Source of the DNA: Tubulanus polymorphus
Lineage: Eukaryota > Animalia > Nemertea
Direction: 5' to 3'
Assembly: GCF_964204645.1 (NCBI RefSeq)
Contig: NC_134028.1
Coordinates: forward strand, 9,734,001 to 9,798,000
DNA: 64,000 nucleotides
Part shown: positions 42,055 to 54,400 of the stretch, one piece after another
Position numbering within the stretch: position 1 is the stretch's first letter
How the letters are laid out: each line of letters begins with the position of its first letter
Program-made: the position numbers and the translations under genes
Notes under the pieces: generated by a model
What the model was told of the DNA's origin: nothing
Database searches by the model: none
Seen by the model: only the letters and a program-made list of their open reading frames with translations

Positions 42055-43102
42055 TAAGGGGTGCTGCGCTGTGAATTCCCTGTGAACACTTGTACCCTCT
42101 GGGCGCACGCACTTAGACCGAGAGGGGGTCCCGAGAGGGGGTCGCGAACTTCTAAGTAACGTCTGACCGCTTGATTTGTGATGGATGTAATCACGGGGGA
42201 GGAGACGGGAACTTTTTTCTCCTGCTCCGAATACCCGATGATCTTCAAACGCGACCAGGAATTTGGCTGTGGTATCCTCAACCCCCCAAGAGGAAGTGAG
42301 AGAACCGGAGAAACGGCGTCTCCAAAGCGGTTACTGGGCGAAGGCGAAGTACCCGCGAACATAGCGAAGCGAAACTCCGGGAATACTGACGCCTTATGGA
42401 ATATATACCGTATAGGGGCCTACTTGATACAATGTAGAATTTACGCGACTGTGAGTAGGCGGTAACTGGCGCAAACGTGGTCGAGAAGATGAATATGAAT
42501 TCGTGACATTATTTGGAATTATGAGTTAGAAGAGCTTATTTTCAATTCAATGTCCATTTATTCGTGTCGTGTGTCATATAGGCTTACGTTTTATGGGCTG
42601 TATAAAAAGACATCAAAGGCCGAGGAGAGGTTTGTTAACTTCAAACTTTTGTGGACAAGCGGGACAAGGTTGTTTTGGATGTGGAAGACTCAGGAGCGGA
42701 TTAAGAGGGGTGTCCAAAGGGATCGGGACCAAAAAGAAGTGACAGTTTTTCAATTAAGGTGAATCACTAAAACAAACAGACGTGGTATTTTCTCATCATG
42801 AATACAGTGGTTTTGTGTATTTTATGATTAATTTCATCGATTTCATTATTCAACTTCGTGGAATCTCGCCAAATTCTTCTCAAATTTCAAAACATGTCGA
42901 GGACTATAAGGACTATGCTGTTATGCGTCTTGCATCGTCATTACAGTAACATTTCATATGGTCCCTTTTTACTTCCCTGGGCGGCCCCATCCCTACACAA
43001 ATATCCTAGATCCGCCCTTCTTCCTGTTTTAATTCCTGTAAGCCAGAACAAATCGTTTAGTGCATTACATGGATGATTACGCACTCACACTTCGACTACA
43101 TA

Positions 43103-43404
43103 AGCCGCGATCACACGATTTGGCCCGGGCCAAATTGGCACGGATCAGGCTCGAGCCAAATTTGGACCGTGCCTAATTAGAGAGCGCGTTCACACGCAAA
43201 CTATTCACTCGATACTCAACTATGCTCAAACAAAGCGAAGTGGATCATTTCCAGTGCTCATTTGTCTGGTGCTAAAATTAGGCTCGGGCCTGGTCCGGCC
43301 AAATTTGGCCCGGGCCAAACGGCTCGAGCCTATTTGGCACCCGTGTGAACAGTTGTTCCGGGCCAAATTTGGCCCGGGCCAAAACTGCACGTGTGATCGC
43401 AGCT
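43103..43404. mobile_element. PIF/Harbinger-type MITE, copy 2 of the same family
   Basis: Same TIRs and internal sequence as 41696-42054 with small deletions. Confidence 0.85.
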
Positions 43405-43535
43405 TATGTCACTTTCAGTGATTAAACATCAACAGTTGAGAGCTATAGTTAACGCAAGAGCTCAGTTCATTTTCAATATTTCGGCTCTAGGATCAATTGT
43501 TACTGAGAGAACAGTGGATCTTGATCCTGGTCATA

Positions 43536-44294
43536 CAGTCACACCTCGTTACAACACGAAGTTCTGGGGGCAAAACAAAAACTTCGTTGTATCCAATACT
43601 TGTAAAGGTTGAAGAAAAAACATAAATCGTTGCTTCTAAACACCATGCCCATATAGTCGAACCGGGCGTTTTATAACTAATAAACTCAAGGAATGTTCCG
43701 AGGCACCGTGACTTTTATGCCGGACCATTCAAAAGATCTCGCGCAACGTATCACTGAATACGTTTTGAAACGACCGATCCGTCATTTCCTACGAATAAAA
43801 CCAAAAAAGAAACTAATTTTGGACAAACAAATCGCTTGAGTTTATCTATTCGATGAGCCGCTCGGAGCCTTCAAATTGAACATTCTGCATACATCCACTT
43901 TTTTCGTTCCTTTTGTCAACTTTTTGAAGTATTTTGACTTAAGTGGCCAAATCAATATGCATGCGTTTGTGAGGCACCGTTGTAGAAAATATGAACGCAC
44001 GTATAAGGTTTTGTTAGTAACTACGGGAGGTTCAGTATATAAAACAATGCTCTGTGCTCTAAAACGCAAGGGATCGATTCATCAATATTTTACGGCCTCG
44101 TGGAATTAGTTTGTAACCGATGAAAATTACTCTTGGGACACAAAATTTTCTTCGTTCTATTCGACATTTCGTTGTAAACGATCTCGTTAAAACCGATGGA
44201 AATTAAAGGAAATAACGACTTTTTTGGCCGGACACGGAAAATTGTTCGTTGAAACCGACATTTCGTTATAAACGATCTCGTTGTGGTTTGACTG
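43536..44294. mobile_element. Tc1/mariner (pogo-like) MITE
   Basis: TA-CAGTCACACCTCGTTACAAC ... GTGGTTTGACTG-TA with repeated TTCGTT(G/A)TA subterminal motifs. Confidence 0.65.
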
Positions 44295-45401
44295 TAGTCA
44301 GAATGATTATGTTACCTGAATATGCTTTCGAACGCGATTCAGGCATACTTCAAAATAAGCATTTCACCTAGAAATACTACAATCCATTTTTGGGTTAGGT
44401 CAGATTTATAGAATGATGTATCATTCCACACGCGAATAAAGACTATGGTTATGTATTGTAACGCATTGTAATCATTGTAATCTCCGTTACCTTAGAACAG
44501 CATCTGTTATGTATAGCGAATCACAAGAAGCACCGATGGACATGTTTCAAAATATCTTTCTTAGTTTAATTTTTTTCCATGTACATTTTTAAATACATTT
44601 CATTTTTCTTCGCGTACATTTTTCAATACATTAACACAAGACATATTCGATATTCAGTTTTATACGATTGGTCCCCCTGTCCGCTTTTGGGGATCAAGTA
44701 ATTCTAAACCTCCCTACGCACAACGTTACAATTATTTGATACACATCTATTTAGGGGAGATTCTACAGTACAACATTTCATCATTGACATACATACATAC
44801 ATACATAGTAACCATTGAAAAAAATGTCTATACAATTTACATATTTCTGAGGACACGCACCGAAATCTCCTCGAAACAGCACAATCAAGCCGCTTAAGTC
44901 GGATCTGATGGTGACGATAATTTTTGCACGAGATAAGTAAAATCCATTTTTTTAAGATAATCCTATCGACAATGGTTGTTGCAATATTCATTCTCAGCGG
45001 GTTATTGTTATTGGAACGAATGCGCTGTGCCATGTAAATCAGCGGCAAAGGTCAAATAAACGGACAACGTTCATCTACAATGTCAGTCAAATCTAATCAC
45101 AGGACTTGAATTTATCTAACCCAACATGACTTAAATTAAAACGAATGAATGGATCCTGAACATTTGGACCATGAAATGAGCAACAATTTATCCAAAAATC
45201 CAACTTATTTATACAACTTTAACGTAAATATCCATAGGCTTTATTTCATTAACAGGTTGCTGAATCATCATACCAAATACGTCAAATTCAGACACAACGC
45301 GATCTGACTTGAAGCGGGCTTGACTGTATCAGCAGATACCGTACATATACAATGGAATGAGTTTAACACATGGAACTGTTCCAAGGATTTCGAGAGATTT
45401 T

Positions 45402-48400
45402 TCAGTTTTGCCTTTGTTTCCAGAATAAACGATCCTGTGAAAATCAATTCTATAATCATTTACATTAATACTTCTAAATAATCAGAGTTAAGGCTAAAAA
45501 AATTGATACCTTGTTTCTCCGCTCTGCTGAGCTTAAATGTTGACCCGGCTGGCCGCCTATCTACCCTATACATTACTTTTTTTGAAATCGTGATCAATTT
45601 CACCATAACAGACCCGGCCGCTATAGAAATGAACTGTTTACAAATTTTATCATATTTTACAAAAATGACCCGGCCGCTGCGGAGACTCAAGGTATCATTT
45701 TTGTTTAGCCTAACTATGGGAAACGTGGGAAATTGATATACTCCCTTAATCAGGTGACATTTGCGACCGATTGGTGGTTGGGGTCAATTTTTTTCAAGAG
45801 CGAGAACACAGATGCCGCCAAAATTTCCATTTGGAATCAAGGAAAACACCCACTTGGAAACTAGTACAATGTAAAATATGGTCGCGGAGTGGGTGAACTG
45901 GTGTGGAAGTGTTTTTTTCACATTGCCCATGGAGCGATTTTATTGTGTGCCCCGCGTGTTACCAGCACAGTTTCACGTGATCATTTCCTGGGCATTCCTC
46001 TGGTTACTGCAGTGAAGACTATAACCGTCGCCATAATTCCCATATTCCCCCAATTCCAACTCTCAAACCCACGCCGACCTCTGCATTTGCACCCGTCTTG
46101 TGGAAAACCAGTCTAACATTTGAGAGGCTTATCAGTCTGTATATACAGTGGAACCTCTGGTTGGAAACAGTGGTACTTTTTATAGACGAAACGAACAAGA
46201 ACTGAACGCAATAGCAATAACCTTTAACAGGATAAAAATTGACTCATTTCTAAATCAGTTAAAAATTGTTATAAACGTATCAAATCTTACTTTCTTCAGT
46301 TTTTGATTCAAACGAAAATACCCTGTTACTTTCATATAGTTCGACACAACGTCCCATAGAAAAGGAAACTAGTCAGAATGTAACATTAATACATCAGAAG
46401 TCATGGATTTTACATCTCTAAACCTCAAACCTTTCCTGTATCTCAAGTTAGTCATTTCAACACATTACTGCATTCCCTTGCTACGTTTGGGGTCATCCTT
46501 TCGATGCGTACTCAATAGGAGGAAGATGGACAGGGTCGAGGATGAAATAAATCTCCTTTTACATACAATCAAATGCAACGCAGTGGAGATATTTTGCGTA
46601 CAGTAACATATGGATGAGCCCCGATGAATTTTTCGACAAATGTCAATTCATCAAAATGCTTTAATCGTCAAAATGCCTTTTTAAAATTCAAATGCCGAAT
46701 GATGCGAGTCTCCACAATGCCTCAAACTGCAGACGTGCTGTGTATCCCCTTTTTATCCTAAAATATCAACATCAACTAGATCAATCAAAAAATTGCACAC
46801 AATTCGGTTGACAAATTAAGAAAAACCAGCAGTCTAGGGATGCAATGCCCTCTGTATGAAATACTTGACAATCGCACAATTACGATAATCAACATCCTTT
46901 GTGGACAAATAATGAGTAGTTACCCGGAAACTCACCAATATCATAGAAAATATCACTAGGAACAAATTTGCAATTGATTGTGGTGCCAAAATATGCATGT
47001 GGTATGAATGTACCAATATAACTGGAAAAATTGTATGTAACTCAATATTTGGCTCCCCCTAGTGGGGAGAACAAAAATAACTGGGTAAGTCCTATTCCAA
47101 GCAGATAATGCTACCAATTATGTTGGATTGATGTCTTTTCTATCATTCTGTTAATCAAATGGCTTTTTTCCATTACATATTCATCAATATTGTAATCCAT
47201 TAGTTCTAAAGATGTTATTTGATCATCATTTTGCTCCATTTTGAATTGTGGCCATTATTTAGGGTCCAAAGAACCAAAAGATTTGATATAAACCAAGTTT
47301 TTTTGAAAGCCGAAGTAAAATGTCAACGATGTCAAAACATGTCTTTTATAATGCGATTGCTGATTGGTTGGCATTATGTGTCTACGGTAGGTACACGTAT
47401 CATTTCTTAAGGATGTCACACGGATGGACGAAAATTGAACACAATAAATAGCCCACTGGGACTAAATACCGAAATGAGCAAAAAATGATATTTTACCTTG
47501 TGTTTTGTACAGAATAAAGAGAAGTTCTCTTCCATTAATTGACAATCTGTAATATACAAAATAAAATTGCAATTGAGCATGTTCAGGTATTGCTCCAGGG
47601 GCCTGTTGCACAGTCGTGACTTAAGTCAAAAAGTAGTCTTAAATCTTAAGTTGGTATTAGACTGGTCTTAAGTATAAGCCACGACTATGCAACCGGGCCC
47701 AGGTGCCAGTGGACCCATTCGCTATTCCAGTATTGATAGCAACTGTGTCAGTCCGTGCCGCAGTCAGTTTTACAGTCCATCTAGTGGAACCTCCACCGAA
47801 TGGGGTGGCGTCCTTGGCAACTTCTACCACCAGTCACTTACTAGTAATGTGAAGTGCAGGACATGAATAAACTATAATTGCATATTTTTCAAATCTACGG
47901 TAATTCCTTTTGCAGGTAACTTGATTCGATCAAATCTATTTTAAACACACTGCCATTTGCATTGAGCGTTGTTCAAGACGGCACTGATGATAAACAGGTG
48001 TTTGTGTTTTTATAATCGCGTTGTCTGTGTCACTGTAATCATATGCCAACTTGAATTAATTTATAGACAAGGTGAGTTGAATATATGTGATGATGGTTGA
48101 ATGTAATAATAACTCAGGCCGCAAAAAGAAATACCCTAGTTTCTCAAGAAATTCAAATGCTGCCCGCGTCATAAAAACAGTTAAAATTTAACAAGGTGCC
48201 CACGGGCACTGTAAGATTCAGCGCAGAATTTAGTGAAATGAAGGATTAAATCATATCCACAATGATACTAGACCATACATTGGTTCAGTAACGTGCTCTT
48301 TCAGCTCATACTTGACATAAAAGGAAATGCATGTTATAAAAGTATAAGGTAATTAGAATGACAAACAGTTGTTTATACAAGGAATAGAGGGTAAATAGGT

Positions 48401-51400
48401 AAACAATTTTTAAGTAGGCATGAAAGATTTTGAAATGAAATTCATGCAATCATTATAAATTACAAGCCTCCTAATAAATCATTAAGTTTTCGTTTAATCA
48501 AAAGCATCTCAGATGTCATATCTATATTTTTGTGCTGAAGCTGGAATCAAATCTAGCTGTATCAAGAGATGAGAAAGTATTCTAAGTTCCAAAGAAACTC
48601 TGTCAGGATTTTCAGGATTCAAAGCCAAGACCTTAAGCTAAAAAATGGATACCTTGTCTCTCTTCTCTTAGCCAAGCTTAAAAGCCACCTATCTACCCTG
48701 TAAATTACTTTTTTAAACCATGATCAATAAAATTTTACCATAACAGACCCGGCAGTTTTGGAAATGAACCGATTACAAAGTTCATAATATTTTACAACTA
48801 GAAAGAATCTTTCTATATGGTCGGGTTAGCAACGAGTTTGATCATAGACATTCAAATGAATTCTTCATCTACTCTCAACCTACAGTAGATCAGTTCAACT
48901 TGGATAATATGTACGAATGTGACCATCATAGCGAAACCAAATATTCGACACCATGCCGCTGCCACGTGTGAGCGATATCTGTTCGTTGGACAGCAGCGAC
49001 AGTCTCTGTTCACTCGTATTATCATTCTAACGGCAATGCAGTTTTCAGAGCGTGTGGATCGAAGCTACCCTATCACGTAATCGTCTCATCATAAACCTTA
49101 GTGTCAAGACGTAGTCCATATAAGACGCAGAGGTCAGCAAGACAAAACCCACGCTGAGGCAGGATCGTAGCGAGTAAGCTGCATCAAGTGCAACGTTTGA
49201 TATCAACTTACGCAATATTGGTCCACCCATATGGTGTTTTTTAATGCAAATTAGTATGGTTTAAAATTCATCTGCATATCGATACAAACATTTTTTTCGT
49301 CTGAAGATAACCCCAGGCGTATGCATAATTAATTTTAGTTCAAATATTTTTTCAAACAAATCTTTTTTTATTATAAGAAAATCCTTTATCTAAAGATTAA
49401 CAGCTTCATTGATTTTGGTGAGCCACACGTGTTAGGCCTAACTAAAACGAGTGCATTATTATCACATCTCCTCAGTAAAGAAAATACTGCAAACTACGCC
49501 GCGCGCATCAACATGGAATTTTCAGCACAGTGCCAGAAAAATGAAAATCCTCGTCAATTGGATTTCTTATTTTAGAGTTTTCTTATTGAAGAATTGTACA
49601 TGTTGTATCATTTATATATAAAAAGCCTACTTGTAAATTCGACAGCAAATGTTGTACAAATCTGATCATGTTGTGTTTACGTAAGTAGATCAAGATGACG
49701 TCACACTGCATCGTTAAAAACCCCTAAAAACGGCATAAAATTGCCCATTTACCCAGTTTATGCTTTATCAATAGCCTTCAAAAGCAGTCACCACTTAGCT
49801 GCCATCATAACAGCCAACTTAATGCAGTCCTTGGCCCGTGAATCATTTCACACTCAGAGGAGATAGCGGTCAACACAAATTCAACACTCCGTTTAATACT
49901 AATATATTCAGCTGCCCTGACCATCAATCGTCTTTTTAGTAATAAAAAGTAAAACTGACTCGCCCGTATAGCTGTATAATGAGCGACAGTGGTTTTTTCT
50001 ACGGGTGTTTCTATGCCCATCCTTCACGTACCAGTAATCCACATTCTATGGTGACAAAAACAGCGACAGGTTCGTTTCATTTTACCTCAGTACGAGGAAG
50101 CGTGAAAATAGCGAACATGATTGTCTCAGTTTCACTTGAATGTGACGATATAGTTGATTTTATAGGTTTAGGGAGCTTCTCAGTTCTAAAAGTTTTTTTT
50201 GGCATATGTTCTACTTGCATTAACTAGTATTTCTTCGTAGCATTGGTAAAAAAACTTCCCTGCCCACGTCTTCTACTACCGTATATGTCAGTTGAGCTTT
50301 TTATTTCAATCTCTTTTTATAAAAGCAATTAAAATAAAATTTGCCCGCCCTCGTCACTTTCCAGAAAAAAATCTGACAAGAAACTAGGGTACTTCTTTGT
50401 GTGGCCTAAAGTAGTTTTTAAGGTACTGTGAAATAGTGTATAATAAGTTGAATATAAGTGACCTCTAGCATCAGTCACTTTCAAGTGATATGAAGTGAAG
50501 GACAGGAATAAACTCTAACTGCATTTTTATCAAATCTATTCTGTATTTCATATTGTCAACCAATTATTTTGTTCGGTATTTCGCTAATCATAAAATCTTT
50601 TTGTGGCGAAAATAAATCACACATCATTTGTCAATAATAAGTGCTTATGCAGGAGGATTTTGTTAACTGGTGCACCAACCCCTCGACAGAGACCAACAGG
50701 AACCTGTGGACAGTGATCCGTGGAGGTGAGGGTGCATTTGTATCGTGAGGAACAAATGCCGTGCACATCGGCCCCTGGCTATGGCTGGTACATTACAGAG
50801 CATAAGGAGAAAGCAATGGAAAAGGGCGGAGTAAATGAAATAAAGATAGCTGTTTTTTTATGGCAAATTACCTCGATCTTGTGCGCATAAATAGTGATAT
50901 TTTTGGTTGCAATTTTTCTGCAGACACCCAATGGTAGCACCGTATGTTTTACAACCAGAACAAACCTATCAAATATAAATTACAGTACAAGTTATCAAAT
51001 TTGGTACATACATATGTCTTTTGCAACCAAACCATTCGTTATCTCAATGACATTGCAGGCAGAGAATCAAAATACTGGTACCCACAGCCCTTCACATATT
51101 GATACGTACTTTATCACCATTGTATCAATTAATTTGTAAGATATACTTCACATGGTTCAGAATTTCATCGACAACATATTTGATCAAACTAGGGGTCTAG
51201 GGACACCAAGCCAACTTGGAAAGTGGTCTACTTGTAATGCTTGACAATCTAATGATTTCAATATCAAACCCTCGCTCCCCTGGCAAACAATCAATCACTT
51301 TGAAACTCGCCAGTCATGATCATATCCCAAATATCAAGACCATGCATCAAAGCATGTTGAAAATCTGAAACTAGGGGTCCACGACCACCATGGCCACTTA

Positions 51401-54400
51401 ATGAAATACTTCATTCAACACCACCAGTACATCCATCATGAATTTTAATGAAAAATGCCAAACCATCAAATGCTAGGCCTCAGAATTCATGTAAAAATGA
51501 CAAAACAGGTCATTGGACAGCCATATTGTGTCCGATCAACCCAATTTTTCTCAGGATGATGGGTCCTAGGCTGATACATATGAAGCATCAAAATAAATGA
51601 TCAAAGCATCTTCAAAATCTTCTTTGAAAATTTCAAAGGTGCTCATTTCTAGTTTTTGGGCTTTATGCGTAAAGTATAAACGCAAGTTTCACAATCATCC
51701 ACTTAATACTGCCTCCCCTCAATCATATATTCATCACAGCCAGAAGATAAACTGAATACAAATTAACTTCTTGATTACATGTACATGGTTCCCACAGTTA
51801 TATAAATTCAAAATTCCCAAGTTTTTCCAAAGTATTCCATGGGTGATTTTTCAATTTTTCCAAATGGAAATGAACACATATCGTCATGCTACAGTCAACA
51901 TTTTAGCGGTGTCTGGTTGATAAAGGTGAAGGGAAATTGCTGAAGAAAGTTGCCCTTGGCAAATGCAATATGTAAAATGTAATGAACTTCCCAAATATTT
52001 CCCTGATTTGAGGAAAATTTTTCAAATTCCCAAATATTTCCAAACCGGAAATTATTATTTCAAAATTCCCTAGTTTTTCCCAATTTCCCTGTTCAGTGGG
52101 AACCATGAATGTAGATAGAGCAACAATGTAGGCTCTAAACCAAATATCAAAATATTCCATTGAAGCGTCTTCAAAACATAGCCCAATTCCTTCTACGTTA
52201 TAAAATAACCCTGCATTAGGTCTATATAAAAAAGCCCAGCAAATGAGTACCAGGTATGACTCCATCAACTATGACAAAGGGTACAAAAATGTATAATTCA
52301 GCCATCCGGGGCTTTAATTTTGAACATGAACATGAAGTTAACAGTGTGTGCCAATAATAGAATTTTTCAAAAAATCCTATCGAAAAATACCGAATATGTC
52401 ATTAGCTACAATTTTGCTACAATTGATTGTGGTTACAAAATATGCCTAGGTACCATAGGTATGTATAATACAGGGATCCCAACAATAGTTGCCAAAAAAA
52501 TCGGAAATCAATTCGATCTCATTCGATTCATCGCAAGCGAAATTTGGGGCAATTTGCGGGCATCTGGGGAATTCTCGGGGCCGGGATCTAGCAAAAATAA
52601 ATATCAGTTTGATGTAGAAGCCATGTTTGATTTATAACAAATGTATCGAAGATGCTGATTGGTGGTTGATATCTTCAAACAAACAATAGAAAGCGGGTTC
52701 AAATCCTTGAAGGAGCAGCTGTTTTCTCGCCAGTAAGAATTTTCAATAGTTATCATTCTTTAATTTTATTCGAATATAAAATACATTTACGGGCAGTCGA
52801 CATTTTGGATCCATCGGTATTAATTTATTGAATAGTTCGCGCAGGAATATAGGCTACTCTAGTGATCAGTAATGTAAAGACACTGCTCACTAACGTGCAG
52901 CACGTGTATGAATGCCTTCAAATTTCAAATGAAGTTTTTTTAAATAACTTTATTTATCATGAATTATCATTTAAACTATTGTTTAAACCACATCATTCAG
53001 CACATGGTTGCTTACAATACTGTAGTAGAAGTACGCAGTATGGTATCGATTTTCTAGATGTACGCTCAGGCTTGCCACGGCAAGTCGATTATTACGGAAC
53101 TCATGAAAGTGTCATAACCCCCTGCCCCTCATTCATTTTAACATCAAATCTTTATCGATCTCAGAGACCATCAAAATCTTTTTAAAGTCGGAGTTCCAAT
53201 TAGAGTCGGAAGATTGGGATCCCTGATAATATGAAATTCTAAGTTATTCAGCTATCCAACAGACCCTGGTGACCATATACAAGAACCAATGACCTTGAAA
53301 CTCACCACAATCATAGAACAGGTTACAAGCTACAATTCTGCAATTCATTGTGGTTACAAAATATGCCTGGATACCAATACAATATGAAAATACTAAGTTA
53401 TTGGGCTCTATTATTATCTAATGCCCTTGGTGACCATACACAGCAACTGATGACCTGGAAACTCTTCACAAACAGAGAACATGTCATGAGATACAATTTT
53501 GCAATTTATTGTGCTACAAAAATATGCATAGGTACCAATAAAATATGAAAATATTAAATCATTTGGCTATTCAACGCTCCCTGGTGACCATATACAACTA
53601 GGGGTCCAGGGACACCATGCCCACTTGGGAAGTGGTTCTAAATGCTCAACAATCTAACAATTTCAATATTCAATGCCCCCTGGTGACCATATACAAAAAC
53701 CAATGACCTTGAAACTCACCACAATCATAGAACATGTCAGCAGCTTCGATTTTGTAATTGATTGTGATAACAAAATATGCCTCGTTACCAATTTAATATG
53801 GAAATACTAAGTTATTCTACTATTTAACGCCCCCTGGTGACAATATTCAAAACCCAATGACCTCGAAACTTACCACATTCATAGAACATGTCATGAACTA
53901 CAACTTTGCAATTGATCATGGTAACAAAATATGCCTAGGTACCAATATAATAAGGAAATATTAAGTTATTCTACTATACAACGCCCCTGGTGACCATAGA
54001 GAATAGCCTAACCAATGTCCTTAAAACTCGCAACAATCATAGATGATGTCATGAGCTACAACTATCCAATTGATTGTGGTTACAAAATATGCATAGGTAC
54101 GAATATAATATAGAAATGCTAAGATATTGCATTATTCAACGCCCCCTGGTGGCCATATTCAAAATCCAATGACCTTGAAACTCACCACAATCATAGAACA
54201 CGTAATGAGCTACAACTTTCTAAATGATTGTGTTAGCAAAATACGCTTAGGTATCAATATAATGTGGAAAAACTTTTTCCCACTTACGAATGAGTACTGG
54301 TGACACCAAGATGGCCGCCAATTGCGTCATAATTGGCTGATGAAAAATACCTGTCTCAGGTATAAAACATCCCTTTCCAAAGAATACCCATCACAAAATG

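Noticed and set aside
46366-46436. Alternative last coding exon of RAI1/TCF20 (ERFEV*)
   Set aside because: Weak polypyrimidine tract compared with the TTTTCACAG acceptor before 45434; cannot be excluded without RNA data.
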